Assembly: GCA_043798915.1 (NCBI GenBank)
Contig: JAZDOG010000056.1
Span: 1 to 64,000, forward strand
From: Pseudomonadota bacterium
GTDB taxonomy: Bacteria; UBA10199; 2-02-FULL-44-16; JAAZCA01
Direction: 5' to 3'
DNA length: 64,000 nt
The position numbers and the translations under genes were made by a program. Shown in pieces: positions 25,556-36,027 of this stretch. The notes beneath the pieces were generated by a model that saw nothing but the letters and a program-made list of their open reading frames with translations, ran no database searches and was not told the DNA's origin. Position 1 is the first letter of the stretch, and every line of letters begins with the position of its first letter.

Positions 25556-27661
25556 ATGACAAAGGCACAATCGAGAAGCGCGCTGCGCACGCTGGGTTTC
25601 GCAACGATCCTGATAATCCTCGCCACGGCGATATTCCCTTCCGCCGTCGCAAGGCTGGAGGACCGGCTCCTCCGCGCGCTGTCACCGATCGCCAGGCCTG
25701 CTTCAAAGCCCACGGAGATCGTCATCGCAGCCATAGACGAACGCTCGTTCAAGGAGCTCGGCAGCTGGCCATGGGGCCGGGGCGCCTTCATGCAGCTGAT
25801 CGACCGTCTCCGTTCAAGCGACGCCGGGCTCATAGTGTTCGAGTCGCGAGTGGCTGACGAAGCGAACCTCGCCGACATGCGCCTTCCCGTGATGAGGGAG
25901 GGAGGCACGGACATCGTCGCGGGATACCGCTTCTATCCGACGCTTGCCGACATGCCGCCGGCATCGGAGCGCACAGGCGATAACGACGAGTCGGTCGAGG
26001 ACAAGCTCGCGTTCCTCTCGACGCCATCCGACGACGCGAGCCTGCCGACGATGGCCGGGGTGAAGATAAACCGGTTCACGCCGGCGGAGCGCCTCCTCGT
26101 CGTCGAGGGGTTCGGCAACCTCTTCCCGGATGCCGACGGCGTCGTGAGAGGACAGCCGCTTGCAGCCAGGCTGGGTCACCGCGTATTTCCCGCCCTGCCG
26201 CTCGTTGCGGCGGCTGAGTGGATGGGCTTCACGCCGATCATCTCGGAGAATGGCTCCGGACGCCCTGCCGGTGCGGCGATCGGCAACATGAGGATCGAGA
26301 CCGGCCGCGATATGCGGCTCGAGCTGGATTTCCGCGGCGGCAGGAGTTCGTTCTCGACATTCTCCGCAGCCGACATCGTCGGCGGGCGCGTCCCGAAGGA
26401 GGCCCTCGACAACCACGTCGTCCTCGTCGGGATCACCGCGGCGGAGCTCGGTCATTATTACAGGACGCCGATGGGGAGGATGGCGGCTGTCGAGATAACG
26501 GCAAATGCGATCGACGACATCCTCCTCGGCAGGAGCATCACGGCGTGGGGCGGAAGAATCCATCAGATGCTCTTCGTGATTGTCCTGGGGCTGGCGTTTT
26601 CGCTCCTGATCGCAAGATTGAATTCGCTGCAGCAGATCACCGTCGCCGCCGTCATCGCCGCATCGCTCATCGCAACCGAAACCCTCGTCCTCAGGCACAC
26701 GGACATCTGGCTGCCGGCCGCATGGCCCGCCGTCGCCGCAGCCATACTTCTGGCCGTATCCCTCGCATGGCGGTCGGTCGCAGTTCATCTGCCGAGGATG
26801 AGGGTCAAGGCGGCGCTCTGCGGCCGAATCGGCGCGAACGGCATCGCAGCCATAGCATCCGACCCGTCCCTCATGTCGCCGAAGATAAGGCCGGTCGAGG
26901 TGACGGCGCTCTCGGCCGACATCAAGGGATTCGGCGCCATCGCGAGCCGCATCGCGCCCACGGATCTGGCGAGGTTCCTGAAGGAATACCGCGGGCTCGT
27001 CTCGGATATCCTCATCCGGCACGGCGCGTTCATCGATTCGTGGGCCAGCGATGAATGCCGGGCGGTCTTCGGCGCACCGGTCCCAGGCGCCGGGCTTGAG
27101 CTCCCGGCGGCGCGCGCCGCGCTCGCGCTGCAGCGGATGACCGCATCTAAGCGCGATGATTGGGAAAAGACATACGGAATCGACAAGCTCCGCATCGGGA
27201 TCGGGATCCAGAGCGGGACGGCCGCGGCCGGCAACGCCGGCGCTGCTGGCCCATCCCCCTTCGGCGTGACCGGCGGCGCCGTCGAGGCATCCTGCATGCT
27301 CCGCGCCTTGAACCGCATCTACAGGACATCCATACTGGTCGGCGACGCCCCCGCGAAGGCCACCGGCGATGTATTCAAGTATCGCCCGCTCGACCCGGTC
27401 GCCCTCCGCGGCGAAACCTCGCAGGGCATGATCCACGAGCTCGTAGGCGAGGCCAAGATGTTCCTGCCCCAGATGGACAGGTACATGGAGGCCCGCAGCC
27501 ACTATCTCAAGGGCGACTTTGCGGGCGCCGCGCATCTCTTCGAAGAGCTCCTCGCCGTCCACCCGCACGACGGGCCGTCGCACGTGCTCCTGCGCCGGTC
27601 GCTCGCGCTCTCAAAGAATCCGCCGGAATGGAAATGGGACGGGGTGTGGAAGAAATCCTAA
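25556..27661 (+). CDS. CHASE2-domain class III nucleotide cyclase-like protein, degenerate
   Basis: IDERS..ELG.WPW, DADGVVR, three TMs, ADIKGF, RIGIGI.SG, WDGVW tail. Confidence 0.85.
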   Translation: MTKAQSRSALRTLGFATILIILATAIFPSAVARLEDRLLRALSPIARPASKPTEIVIAAIDERSFKELGSWPWGRGAFMQLIDRLRSSDAGLIVFESRVADEANLADMRLPVMREGGTDIVAGYRFYPTLADMPPASERTGDNDESVEDKLAFLSTPSDDASLPTMAGVKINRFTPAERLLVVEGFGNLFPDADGVVRGQPLAARLGHRVFPALPLVAAAEWMGFTPIISENGSGRPAGAAIGNMRIETGRDMRLELDFRGGRSSFSTFSAADIVGGRVPKEALDNHVVLVGITAAELGHYYRTPMGRMAAVEITANAIDDILLGRSITAWGGRIHQMLFVIVLGLAFSLLIARLNSLQQITVAAVIAASLIATETLVLRHTDIWLPAAWPAVAAAILLAVSLAWRSVAVHLPRMRVKAALCGRIGANGIAAIASDPSLMSPKIRPVEVTALSADIKGFGAIASRIAPTDLARFLKEYRGLVSDILIRHGAFIDSWASDECRAVFGAPVPGAGLELPAARAALALQRMTASKRDDWEKTYGIDKLRIGIGIQSGTAAAGNAGAAGPSPFGVTGGAVEASCMLRALNRIYRTSILVGDAPAKATGDVFKYRPLDPVALRGETSQGMIHELVGEAKMFLPQMDRYMEARSHYLKGDFAGAAHLFEELLAVHPHDGPSHVLLRRSLALSKNPPEWKWDGVWKKS

Positions 27662-28785
27662 ACCTCGAGCTTCTTCGGAAATCCTGACAGGACATCGCAA
27701 CCGCTCTTCGTGACGAAGACCAGATCCTCGATGCGCACGCCGCCGATCGCCTTGTAGTAGAGGCCCGGTTCTACGCTCATCACGTTGCCGGCCTTGAGGA
27801 TGAAGTCCCGCCCCGCAATCCTCGCCGGCTCCTCATGTATCTCGAGTCCGACGGAGTGGCCGGTGCCGTGAAAAAAACCCTGCATGCGTCCGCCCTTCTC
27901 GCCGCTCACATAACCCCTGTTTCCGAAAAGGGCGTGGATAGACTCGTGTATCTTTCTGCCGTTGATGCCAGCACGAACCATCGAGATGCCAAGTGCCTGC
28001 CCATCCTTCACCGTCGCATACATCCTCTTCAGCGCGTCGGGTGCGCGGCCCTTGCAGAACGTGCGAGTCGCATCGCCGAAGTAACCCGTCTTTACCGAGC
28101 GCGGAAAGATATCCACGATGATGGATTTATGGGGCATAAGCGGCCCCGCGCCCACGTCATGAGGGTCGATCGAGTGGCGGCCGCAGGCGACGATGGTGTC
28201 CGAGCCGACGAAGCCGCGCTCGAGGAGAAAGACGTTGATCATCGTGCGCAAGCTGCCGGATGTGAGTGTGCGCCCCTTATAGACTATGCGGCTGCCCCTT
28301 ATGCGGCTCGAGGCCAGCACATCGCGCGCCAGACCCATCGCAGCGAAGACAACGCGCTGCGAGGCGAGGATATGCCGCCGCTCCTCGGCGCCCTTCACGA
28401 AGCGATCCGGATAGAAAGGCGTGGGACCGGCCTCGACGCGAAAACCTTTTATTCGCAGCGCATCCACCAGCGTGAAGGGAGTTTCGCCCGGAACAACGAG
28501 CCGGTCGATGCCATGGTCCGCCAGTATTTCGCCGACGATATCGGCCTGACCCGGGGCTTTTTTCTTTCCAGCTGCGCGCGCGGCGTATGGATTGATCGAA
28601 AGGACGCGATCGACCTTCGACTCTCTGCGCGCCCGGTCGATCTCGAGATCGCTCATCACCATGTATTTTTTTCCGGTCTTCTCAAAAAAAATAAACGCGT
28701 CCGGCGCGCGAAAACCGGTTGCATAATAGATATCTGCATTTTTTTCAGGATTATCATATATCAAACGCGCTGTGACCATCGCCAC
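27658..28785 (-). CDS. Xaa-Pro aminopeptidase (M24)
   Basis: DIFP, GDATRT, HGTGHSVGLEIHE, EPGLY, GVRIED. Confidence 0.92.
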   Translation of the reverse strand: MAMVTARLIYDNPEKNADIYYATGFRAPDAFIFFEKTGKKYMVMSDLEIDRARRESKVDRVLSINPYAARAAGKKKAPGQADIVGEILADHGIDRLVVPGETPFTLVDALRIKGFRVEAGPTPFYPDRFVKGAEERRHILASQRVVFAAMGLARDVLASSRIRGSRIVYKGRTLTSGSLRTMINVFLLERGFVGSDTIVACGRHSIDPHDVGAGPLMPHKSIIVDIFPRSVKTGYFGDATRTFCKGRAPDALKRMYATVKDGQALGISMVRAGINGRKIHESIHALFGNRGYVSGEKGGRMQGFFHGTGHSVGLEIHEEPARIAGRDFILKAGNVMSVEPGLYYKAIGGVRIEDLVFVTKSGCDVLSGFPKKLEV

Positions 28786-28948
28786 CTCCGGATTAAAAAA
28801 CCGGATTAAAAAACTTTACTTTCAAACCACGATTCGCTAGAGGCCGGAGTGATCCCCGCAACTCAAGTGAAATTCTAAAAGGTTCGCATCGTACGAACCT
28901 TATTGTTATCTGTTTTTTGCTGTCCGATTCGCAACTCGCGAGAACTAA

Positions 28949-29587
28949 ATGTTTCAAGAAGCTTTGTCCAACAAAAACCTTTCGAAGGCGACGAGAGCCG
29001 CTTTGGCTTTTTCTGCCGTGGCGCTCGTGGTCCTGCTCTCTTCGTGCGCACCCTATCAGGCCAGGCACAAGGCCGGCGCTTTCCACTCGCGCGGCGAGGC
29101 GTCCTGGTACGGGCCCGGTTTCGCCGGCCACAAGACCGCCAACGGAGAGAGGTACAACCCAAAAGCGCTCACCGCGGCGCACCGCACGCTGCCATTCGGC
29201 ACGATGCTCAAGGTCACGAACGCTGAAAACGGCAAGTCGGTCGTGGTCCGCATCAACGACCGCGGGCCTTTCGTCAAAAACCGCATCATCGACCTCTCCA
29301 AGTCGGCGGCGCAGCGCATCGACATGATGGGGTCCGGCATCGCCCGCGTGGAGCTGGCACTGCTGTCCGGGGCCGACGATAGCGACGACATGGAGGATGC
29401 CGCCCTGCCCGACCGCAGCGGCGTATCCGTGCTCATATCCCGCGAGCCGAAGATAAAACGAGCCGCCAAGCATAATAAGATCGAAGACGAAGCAGCGAGC
29501 CCGCCCGCCGAAGAAAAAACCGCCACACACGACGAAAAAGAAGAGGCCGCCAGCAAGCCCGCAGAGGCCGAAGAAGAAGGCTTCTGA
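28949..29587 (+). CDS. rlpA: RlpA-family septal lytic transglycosylase lipoprotein
   Basis: [32 protein letters not shown]. Confidence 0.92.
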   Translation: MFQEALSNKNLSKATRAALAFSAVALVVLLSSCAPYQARHKAGAFHSRGEASWYGPGFAGHKTANGERYNPKALTAAHRTLPFGTMLKVTNAENGKSVVVRINDRGPFVKNRIIDLSKSAAQRIDMMGSGIARVELALLSGADDSDDMEDAALPDRSGVSVLISREPKIKRAAKHNKIEDEAASPPAEEKTATHDEKEEAASKPAEAEEEGF

Positions 29588-29653
29588 ATTTGACTTTCGC
29601 CCGCCCTTCCAGTAAACCCAGCCCCGCGTTGAAGAGCAGCCAGGAGGTCGCAA

Positions 29654-31204
29654 ATGCCTTCCGAATTCAGAAACGAAGCCCTCACCGATTTTTCGAAGCC
29701 GGACAATAAAAAGAAGATGGGGGAGGCCCTGGCCCTCGTCGCCGGAGAGCTCGGCCGCGAATATCCGCTCGTGATAGGCGGCAGCAAGGTTTTGTGCCGC
29801 GAGAAAATTCGCTCGACCAATCCCGCCGACCAGTCTCAGGTGGTCGGAATTGTCCAGAAGGGAACGCGCAAAGAGGCGATCGAGGCGATCGACGCGGCGT
29901 GGGCCGCCTTTGAAACTTGGAAGAGCGCTTCGGTTGAGCTGCGAGCGGACTATCTCTTCAGGATAGCCGCCAAGATGCGCGAGCGAAAATTCGAACTCGC
30001 ATCATGGATGATTTTTGAGATCGGCAAAAGCTGGGGCGAGGCGGACGGCGACGTCGCGGAGGCGATAGACTTCTGCGAATTCTATGGCCGGGAGGCGATA
30101 CGCCTCGGGGGTTCGCATCCCTGTCTGCCCTGGCCCGGCGAGACGAACGAAACGGTCTACATCCCGCTCGGCGCGGGCGCAGTGGTCCCCCCCTGGAACT
30201 TTCCCCTAGCGATCCTCGTCGGAATGACGACCGCTGCCGTCGCAGCGGGCAACACGGTGGTTCTGAAACCAGCCAGCGACACCCCTGTCATCGCAGCGAA
30301 GTTCATGGAGATCACCGAAGAGGTGAAGCTCCCTCCCGGCGTCGTCAATTTCGTCAGCGGCAGCGGGGCAGATGCCGGCGAAGAGATGGTAGCGAATCCG
30401 CGGATCCGCTTCATCTCCTTCACCGGTTCGCGCGAAGTGGGGCTGCACATCACGGAGGAGGCGGCAAGGCCGCGCGAAGGTCAGAGGTGGATCAAGAGGG
30501 TGATCGCGGAGATGGGCGGCAAAGACGCGATAATCGTCGACAGCGAGGCAGATTTTGAGGCCGCAGTCGAGGGCGTAGCCGTCTCCGCATTCGGCTTTCA
30601 GGGCCAGAAGTGCTCGGCCTGCTCGCGCGCCATCGTGGACGAGAAGATCTACGACGCATTCATCGAGGCGTTGAAAAATCGCGTCGAAAAAATAGCCGTG
30701 GGGCCCACCGGGGATCCGGCCAACTGGATGGGGCCGGTCTCAAGCAAGAGCGCCTACGACAAGGTGAAAAACTACATCGAGACGGGCAGGCGCGAGGGAC
30801 AGCTCGTGTGCGGCGGCGAATATTCCGACAAGGCGGGTTTCTTCATTCAGCCGACGGTCTTCGCCGACATCCTGCCCTCCGCGCGCCTTGCACAGGAGGA
30901 GATCTTCGGTCCGGTGCTCTCGGTCATCAGGGCAAAGGACTTCGACGAGGCGATCTCCATCTTCAACGGGACGGATTACGGCCTGACCGGCGGCGTCTTC
31001 ACAAAAAACCCGGCAAAGATCTCGCGGGCGAAGGCCGAATGTTTCTGCGGCAACTTCTATATCAACAGGAAGATCACCGGCGCGCTCGTGGGCGTGCAGC
31101 CCTTCGGCGGCTACAACCTGTCCGGCACCTGCTCCAAGGCCGGCGGCAGCGACTATCTTCTGCTCTTCCTGCAGGCTAAATCGATCTGCGAGAAGACCCA
31201 GTAG
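29654..31204 (+). CDS. pruA: L-glutamate gamma-semialdehyde (P5C) dehydrogenase
   Basis: PPWNFP, FTGS, EMGGK, GQKCSACSR, EEIFGP. Confidence 0.95.
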   Translation: MPSEFRNEALTDFSKPDNKKKMGEALALVAGELGREYPLVIGGSKVLCREKIRSTNPADQSQVVGIVQKGTRKEAIEAIDAAWAAFETWKSASVELRADYLFRIAAKMRERKFELASWMIFEIGKSWGEADGDVAEAIDFCEFYGREAIRLGGSHPCLPWPGETNETVYIPLGAGAVVPPWNFPLAILVGMTTAAVAAGNTVVLKPASDTPVIAAKFMEITEEVKLPPGVVNFVSGSGADAGEEMVANPRIRFISFTGSREVGLHITEEAARPREGQRWIKRVIAEMGGKDAIIVDSEADFEAAVEGVAVSAFGFQGQKCSACSRAIVDEKIYDAFIEALKNRVEKIAVGPTGDPANWMGPVSSKSAYDKVKNYIETGRREGQLVCGGEYSDKAGFFIQPTVFADILPSARLAQEEIFGPVLSVIRAKDFDEAISIFNGTDYGLTGGVFTKNPAKISRAKAECFCGNFYINRKITGALVGVQPFGGYNLSGTCSKAGGSDYLLLFLQAKSICEKTQ

Positions 31205-31208
31205 ACCC

Positions 31209-32126
31209 ATGGCGACAAAAATAAATAATTCTTCGACTGCAGCGAACGGACCGCGGAGATTCAGCTCGACGCTCTCGAAGCTGCTCGCCCCCTTCGCTCG
31301 CCGCTTCATAGCGGGAACCACGCTCTCGGAAGTGCTCGACGCCGCAGCGCGCCTCAAGGCCAAGGGCTTTTCAACCACGATAGACCATCTTGGCGAGAGC
31401 GTAGCTAATCCGGCTGAGGCGAAGGCCGCCGCACAACAATATGTCCTGATACTTCGCGCACTCAAAGAAAGGAAACTCGACCGCAATGTGTCGCTCAAGC
31501 TCACGCAGATGGGGCTGGCCTTCGATCCCGAGCTCTGCTCCCGGAATCTCGCGAACATCGTGGGCGCGGCCGAGGAGATGGGCGGCTTTATCCGAGTGGA
31601 CATGGAAGGCTCGGATGTGACTCAGGCGACGCTCGGTGTCGTGTCTTGCGCCAAGAAAACAAAAGCCACGCCAGTCGGCACGGTGCTCCAGGCGATGCTG
31701 AAGAGAACCCCCGAGGATATCGTGGATATGCTCTCGCGCGGGATAAGCGTGAGGCTCTGCAAAGGCGCCTACAAGGAGCCCCCTGAGATCGCCTGGCGGA
31801 ACATGCGGGAGATCAGGCGCGAGTTTGCGGGGCTGGCGAAGAGGCTTCTCACCTCCGGGTCGTATCACGGGATCGCCACACACGATGAAAAGCTGATCCG
31901 GAATATCATGGCGTTTGCGCGCGCGCAGAAGATCGCGCCGGACAAGTTCGAGTTCCAGATGCTCTATGGCATCCGGCGCCCGCTTCAGAGGAGGATCGTC
32001 GCCGAAGGGTGGAGGCTCCGCATCTATGTGCCGTTCGGCAACGCGTGGCTCCCCTACACCTGGCGCAGGCTGCGCGAGCGAAGGGAAAACATCTGGTTCG
32101 TGGTGAAGGGTTTGTTTCAGGGATAA
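31209..32126 (+). CDS. Proline dehydrogenase
   Basis: RRFIAG, SLKLTQMG, DME, VRLCKGAY, ATHD, EFQMLYG, YVPFG. Confidence 0.93.
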   Translation: MATKINNSSTAANGPRRFSSTLSKLLAPFARRFIAGTTLSEVLDAAARLKAKGFSTTIDHLGESVANPAEAKAAAQQYVLILRALKERKLDRNVSLKLTQMGLAFDPELCSRNLANIVGAAEEMGGFIRVDMEGSDVTQATLGVVSCAKKTKATPVGTVLQAMLKRTPEDIVDMLSRGISVRLCKGAYKEPPEIAWRNMREIRREFAGLAKRLLTSGSYHGIATHDEKLIRNIMAFARAQKIAPDKFEFQMLYGIRRPLQRRIVAEGWRLRIYVPFGNAWLPYTWRRLRERRENIWFVVKGLFQG

Positions 32127-32144
32127 GTCAACCGTGGAGACAAT

Positions 32145-33341
32145 ATGACGAAGACCGAAAATTTTATCGCCGAGGTCGAGGAAGTTTCAGCGCACAACTA
32201 TCACCCCCTCCCCGTGGTCTTTGCGCAGGCCGAGGGGATATGGGTCACGGATGTCGAGGGAAAGCGCTACATCGACATGCTCTCCGCATACTCCGCGGTC
32301 AACCAGGGCCACCGCCACCCGCGGATCATCCGGGCCCTCAAGGAGCAGGCGGACCGGCTCACCTTGAGCTCGCGCGCGTTCCACAACGACCAGATGGGTC
32401 CGTTCTTGCGAAAGCTCACAAAGCTCGCCGGCTACGACAAGGCGCTGCTGATGAACAGCGGCGCCGAGGCGGTGGAGAGCGCGATCAAGGCCGCGCGCCG
32501 GTGGGGCTACACGCGGAAAAACGTGCCCGAGGGAAAGGCAAAGATCATCGTCTGCGAGGGGAACTTCCACGGCCGCACCACGACCATCGTTGGTTTTTCG
32601 ACGAACCCGCTCTGCCGGACGCACTTCGGGCCGTTCACGCCCGGCTTCGAGATCATACCATATAATGATGCGGATGCGCTCGAGCGTTCGATCGACGCGA
32701 ACACGGTCGCCTTCCTCGTGGAGCCGATACAGGGCGAGGCCGGCGTCCTCGTCCCCGCAGAGGGCTACCTCAAGCGCTGCCGCGACATCACCAGGAAGCA
32801 CAACGCGCTCCTCATCTGCGACGAGATCCAGACCGGTTTCGGCCGCACGGGGCGCATGTTCTGCAGCGACTGGGAAAATGTGCGGCCCGACATCGTCTGC
32901 GTCGGCAAAGCCCTCGGGGGCGGCGTCTATCCGGTATCGGGGATCCTCGCGGACAACCCCATCATGGAGGCGGCGTTCGAGCCCGGCAACCACGGCTCGA
33001 CCTTCGGCGGAAATCCGCTGGCCTGCGCGGTGGCCTCCGCATCGCTCGACGTCATCGTGGACGAGCATCTCACGGAGCGCTCCGCTGAGCTGGGCGACTA
33101 TTTCCGCGGGGAGCTCAAGAAGATCGGCCACAAGAGGATCAAGGAGATCCGCGGCAGGGGTCTGCTCACCGGCGTCGAGCTCCACGACAAGGCGCGGCCG
33201 TTCTCTGAGGAGCTCATGCGCCGCGGGATACTGGCCAAGGAGACGCACGACTACTCCATCCGCTTCGCCCCGCCGCTCGTCATCACGAAGGATGAGCTCG
33301 CAGGGGCGACGAAGACGATATCCGAGGTATTGGGAAAATGA
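32145..33341 (+). CDS. rocD: Ornithine aminotransferase
   Basis: AHNYHPLPVV, YSAVNQGH, EPIQGEAG, DEIQTG, GKALGGG. Confidence 0.95.
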   Translation: MTKTENFIAEVEEVSAHNYHPLPVVFAQAEGIWVTDVEGKRYIDMLSAYSAVNQGHRHPRIIRALKEQADRLTLSSRAFHNDQMGPFLRKLTKLAGYDKALLMNSGAEAVESAIKAARRWGYTRKNVPEGKAKIIVCEGNFHGRTTTIVGFSTNPLCRTHFGPFTPGFEIIPYNDADALERSIDANTVAFLVEPIQGEAGVLVPAEGYLKRCRDITRKHNALLICDEIQTGFGRTGRMFCSDWENVRPDIVCVGKALGGGVYPVSGILADNPIMEAAFEPGNHGSTFGGNPLACAVASASLDVIVDEHLTERSAELGDYFRGELKKIGHKRIKEIRGRGLLTGVELHDKARPFSEELMRRGILAKETHDYSIRFAPPLVITKDELAGATKTISEVLGK

Positions 33342-36016
33342 CACGCGAGCTCCCCAAGGCATACGAACCCAAGGCCGTCGAAACGAAGTGGTACAGTTTC
33401 TGGGAATCCGGCGGCTACTTTCATGCTCCCGATTCACCAAAAGGGAAACAATACTGCATCGTCATCCCGCCGCCCAACATCACGGGCGCCCTTCACATGG
33501 GACACGCGCTCAACGACACGCTGCAGGACATACTGATCAGGTGGAAGCGGATGCAGGGTTTCGCCTCGCTCTGGCAGCCGGGGACCGACCACGCCGGCAT
33601 CGCAACCCAGAACGTCGTCGAACGCGAGCTCCTGAAGACCGAGAAGAAGCGCAGGCAGGAGATCGGCCGCGAGGCTTTGATCGAGCGCATCTGGAAGTGG
33701 AAGGAGAAGTACGGCGGCAGGATCCTCGAACAGCTCAAGGCCCTTGGCGCCTCCTGCGACTGGGAGCGCACGCGCTTCACGCTCGACGAAGGGCTCTCCC
33801 GCGCGGTGCGCGAGTGCTTCGTGAGGCTCTACGACGAAGGGCTCATCTACCGCGGGAAATACATCGTCAACTGGTGCCCGCGCTGCCACACCGCGCTCGC
33901 CGACGATGAAGTCGATCACAAGGATGAGAAGGGCCGCCTCTGGCACATCCGCTATCCGTTCAAGGACGGAAAGGGGCATGTGGTCGTGGCTACGACGCGC
34001 CCGGAGACGATGCTGGGCGACACCGCCGTCGCGGTGAACCCGAAGGACGATCGCTATGCGGCGCTCCTCGGAAAACTCGTGAAGCTCCCGGGGACCTCAC
34101 GCGAGATCCCCATCATAGCCGACGACTTCGTCGACTCTTCGTTCGGCACTGGCGCCGTCAAGGTGACGCCGGCCCACGACCCGAACGACTTCCAGATAGG
34201 CGAGCGGCACAACCTGCCGCGGATCAACGTGATGAACTCCGACGCGACGATGAGCGCGGAGGCCGGAAGCAAATACGCCGGGATGACGACGGCGGAGTGC
34301 CGGAAGAAGATCGTGAAGGGGCTCGAAGAGGCCGGCCTGCTCGAGAAGATCGAAGATCACGCGCATGCGGTCGGCCACTGCTACCGCTGCCATACGACGA
34401 TCGAACCGTGGCTCTCCGATCAGTGGTTCGTGAAGATGCGGCCCCTTGCCGAGGCCGCCATCCGCGCCACCGAAGAGGGAAAGGTCCGATTCCATCCTGA
34501 CCGGTGGGAGTCCTTCTATCTGCAATGGCTGGAGAACGCGCGCGACTGGTGCATCTCTCGCCAGATATGGTGGGGACATCGAATTCCGGTATGGTACTGC
34601 AAAAGAGACGGGGGAACCTGTCCCCCCATCGCCGCGCACGACACGCCGTCAAAATGCCCGCATTGCGGAGGAACGAATCTCGTTCAGGACGAGGACGTCC
34701 TCGACACGTGGTTCTCATCCGCCCTCTGGCCTTTCTCGACGCTCGGCTGGCCGGACACGACGCCGGAGCTTGCAGCATACTATCCGACCGCGACGCTCTC
34801 GACCGCCCGCGACATCATCTACTTCTGGGTCGCGCGGATGGTGATGATGGGGCTCAAGTTCATGGGCGACGTGCCCTTCCGCGACGTCTACATCCACGGG
34901 ACGATCCTCGACGAACAGGGCCGCAGGATGAGCAAGTCGGCCGGCAACGGCATCGATCCGATCGACATCATCGAAAAATACGGCGCGGATGCGATGAGAT
35001 ATTCGCTCATCGTCCTCTCGACCGAAGGCCAGGACTTGAAGCTCTCCGAATCAAAGTTCGAGATGGGGCGCAACTTCTGCAACAAGCTGTGGAACGCCGC
35101 GCGATTCGCGATGATGAATCTGGAGGGCGCTCCAGTCACGGAGCCCGGCGAAAAGGATCTATCCCTTGCGGACAAGTGGATTTTGAACGGCCTGCAGTCG
35201 ACGACAAACGCTATCGACGGGGAGCTCACGGCGTTCCATTTCAGCGTCGCGGCCCAGGAACTTTATCGTTTCGTATGGAACGACTTCTGCGACTGGTATC
35301 TGGAAGCGGCAAAAATTGCGCTCAATGATCCCGCAAACGGCAAGGCGAGGGCGGCGGCGCAGCACACGTTGAAGCGCGTCCTCTCTGATATCCTCAAGCT
35401 CCTCCATCCCTTCCTCCCCTTTGTCACGGAGGAGATATGGAGCCATCTGAACCCGGACGAAAAACCGCTGATCGCCTCCGATTATCCAGTCGAGGGCGAT
35501 CGTCCCTTTGTGCAGGAAGCCCTTTTCTTCGAAATGACGGTCAAGGAAGCCGTCGAAAAAATACGGAACATTCGAGGCGAGAGCAACGTCGCGCCGGCAA
35601 AGAAAATACGGTCATCAATCTCCGTCATGAACGACGAAGGCCATGCCATGCTGGCTCAGAAAGACTGTCCACGTTATGTGGAACACCTCGCTCGTGTGGA
35701 GAAGCACACATTCTGTAAAAAAGGCAAAGAGCCGGCCGAAACCCAGAAGGCCGCGACCTCCGTCGCTGCAAATCAGACCGTCTATATCCCGCTCTCCGGT
35801 CTGATCGACGTCGAGGCCGAGGTCGCCCGCCTCACGAAGGAGATCGCGCGCACGAATGGCGAGATAGAGGTAAGCGAAAGGAAGCTGTCGAACGAGGCCT
35901 TTGTGAAGGGAGCGCCGGCTGAGATCGTCAAGCGCGAACAAGAACGCCAGGATGCATCCAGGGGCAAACTGAAGATGCTCAACGAGGCCCTTGCCAAAGC
36001 GCGTTCTCTATCGTAG
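33338..36016 (+). CDS. valS: Valine-tRNA ligase
   Basis: PPPNITGALHMGH, ATTRPET, DWCISRQ, RMSKS, C-terminal coiled coil. Confidence 0.98.
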   Translation: MTRELPKAYEPKAVETKWYSFWESGGYFHAPDSPKGKQYCIVIPPPNITGALHMGHALNDTLQDILIRWKRMQGFASLWQPGTDHAGIATQNVVERELLKTEKKRRQEIGREALIERIWKWKEKYGGRILEQLKALGASCDWERTRFTLDEGLSRAVRECFVRLYDEGLIYRGKYIVNWCPRCHTALADDEVDHKDEKGRLWHIRYPFKDGKGHVVVATTRPETMLGDTAVAVNPKDDRYAALLGKLVKLPGTSREIPIIADDFVDSSFGTGAVKVTPAHDPNDFQIGERHNLPRINVMNSDATMSAEAGSKYAGMTTAECRKKIVKGLEEAGLLEKIEDHAHAVGHCYRCHTTIEPWLSDQWFVKMRPLAEAAIRATEEGKVRFHPDRWESFYLQWLENARDWCISRQIWWGHRIPVWYCKRDGGTCPPIAAHDTPSKCPHCGGTNLVQDEDVLDTWFSSALWPFSTLGWPDTTPELAAYYPTATLSTARDIIYFWVARMVMMGLKFMGDVPFRDVYIHGTILDEQGRRMSKSAGNGIDPIDIIEKYGADAMRYSLIVLSTEGQDLKLSESKFEMGRNFCNKLWNAARFAMMNLEGAPVTEPGEKDLSLADKWILNGLQSTTNAIDGELTAFHFSVAAQELYRFVWNDFCDWYLEAAKIALNDPANGKARAAAQHTLKRVLSDILKLLHPFLPFVTEEIWSHLNPDEKPLIASDYPVEGDRPFVQEALFFEMTVKEAVEKIRNIRGESNVAPAKKIRSSISVMNDEGHAMLAQKDCPRYVEHLARVEKHTFCKKGKEPAETQKAATSVAANQTVYIPLSGLIDVEAEVARLTKEIARTNGEIEVSERKLSNEAFVKGAPAEIVKREQERQDASRGKLKMLNEALAKARSLS

Positions 36017-36027
36017 AGGTTTCCACA

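Noticed and set aside
35150..35760. Possible mosaic segment in valS
   Set aside because: The GC dip is mild and falls in a naturally variable domain; not supportable by eye.
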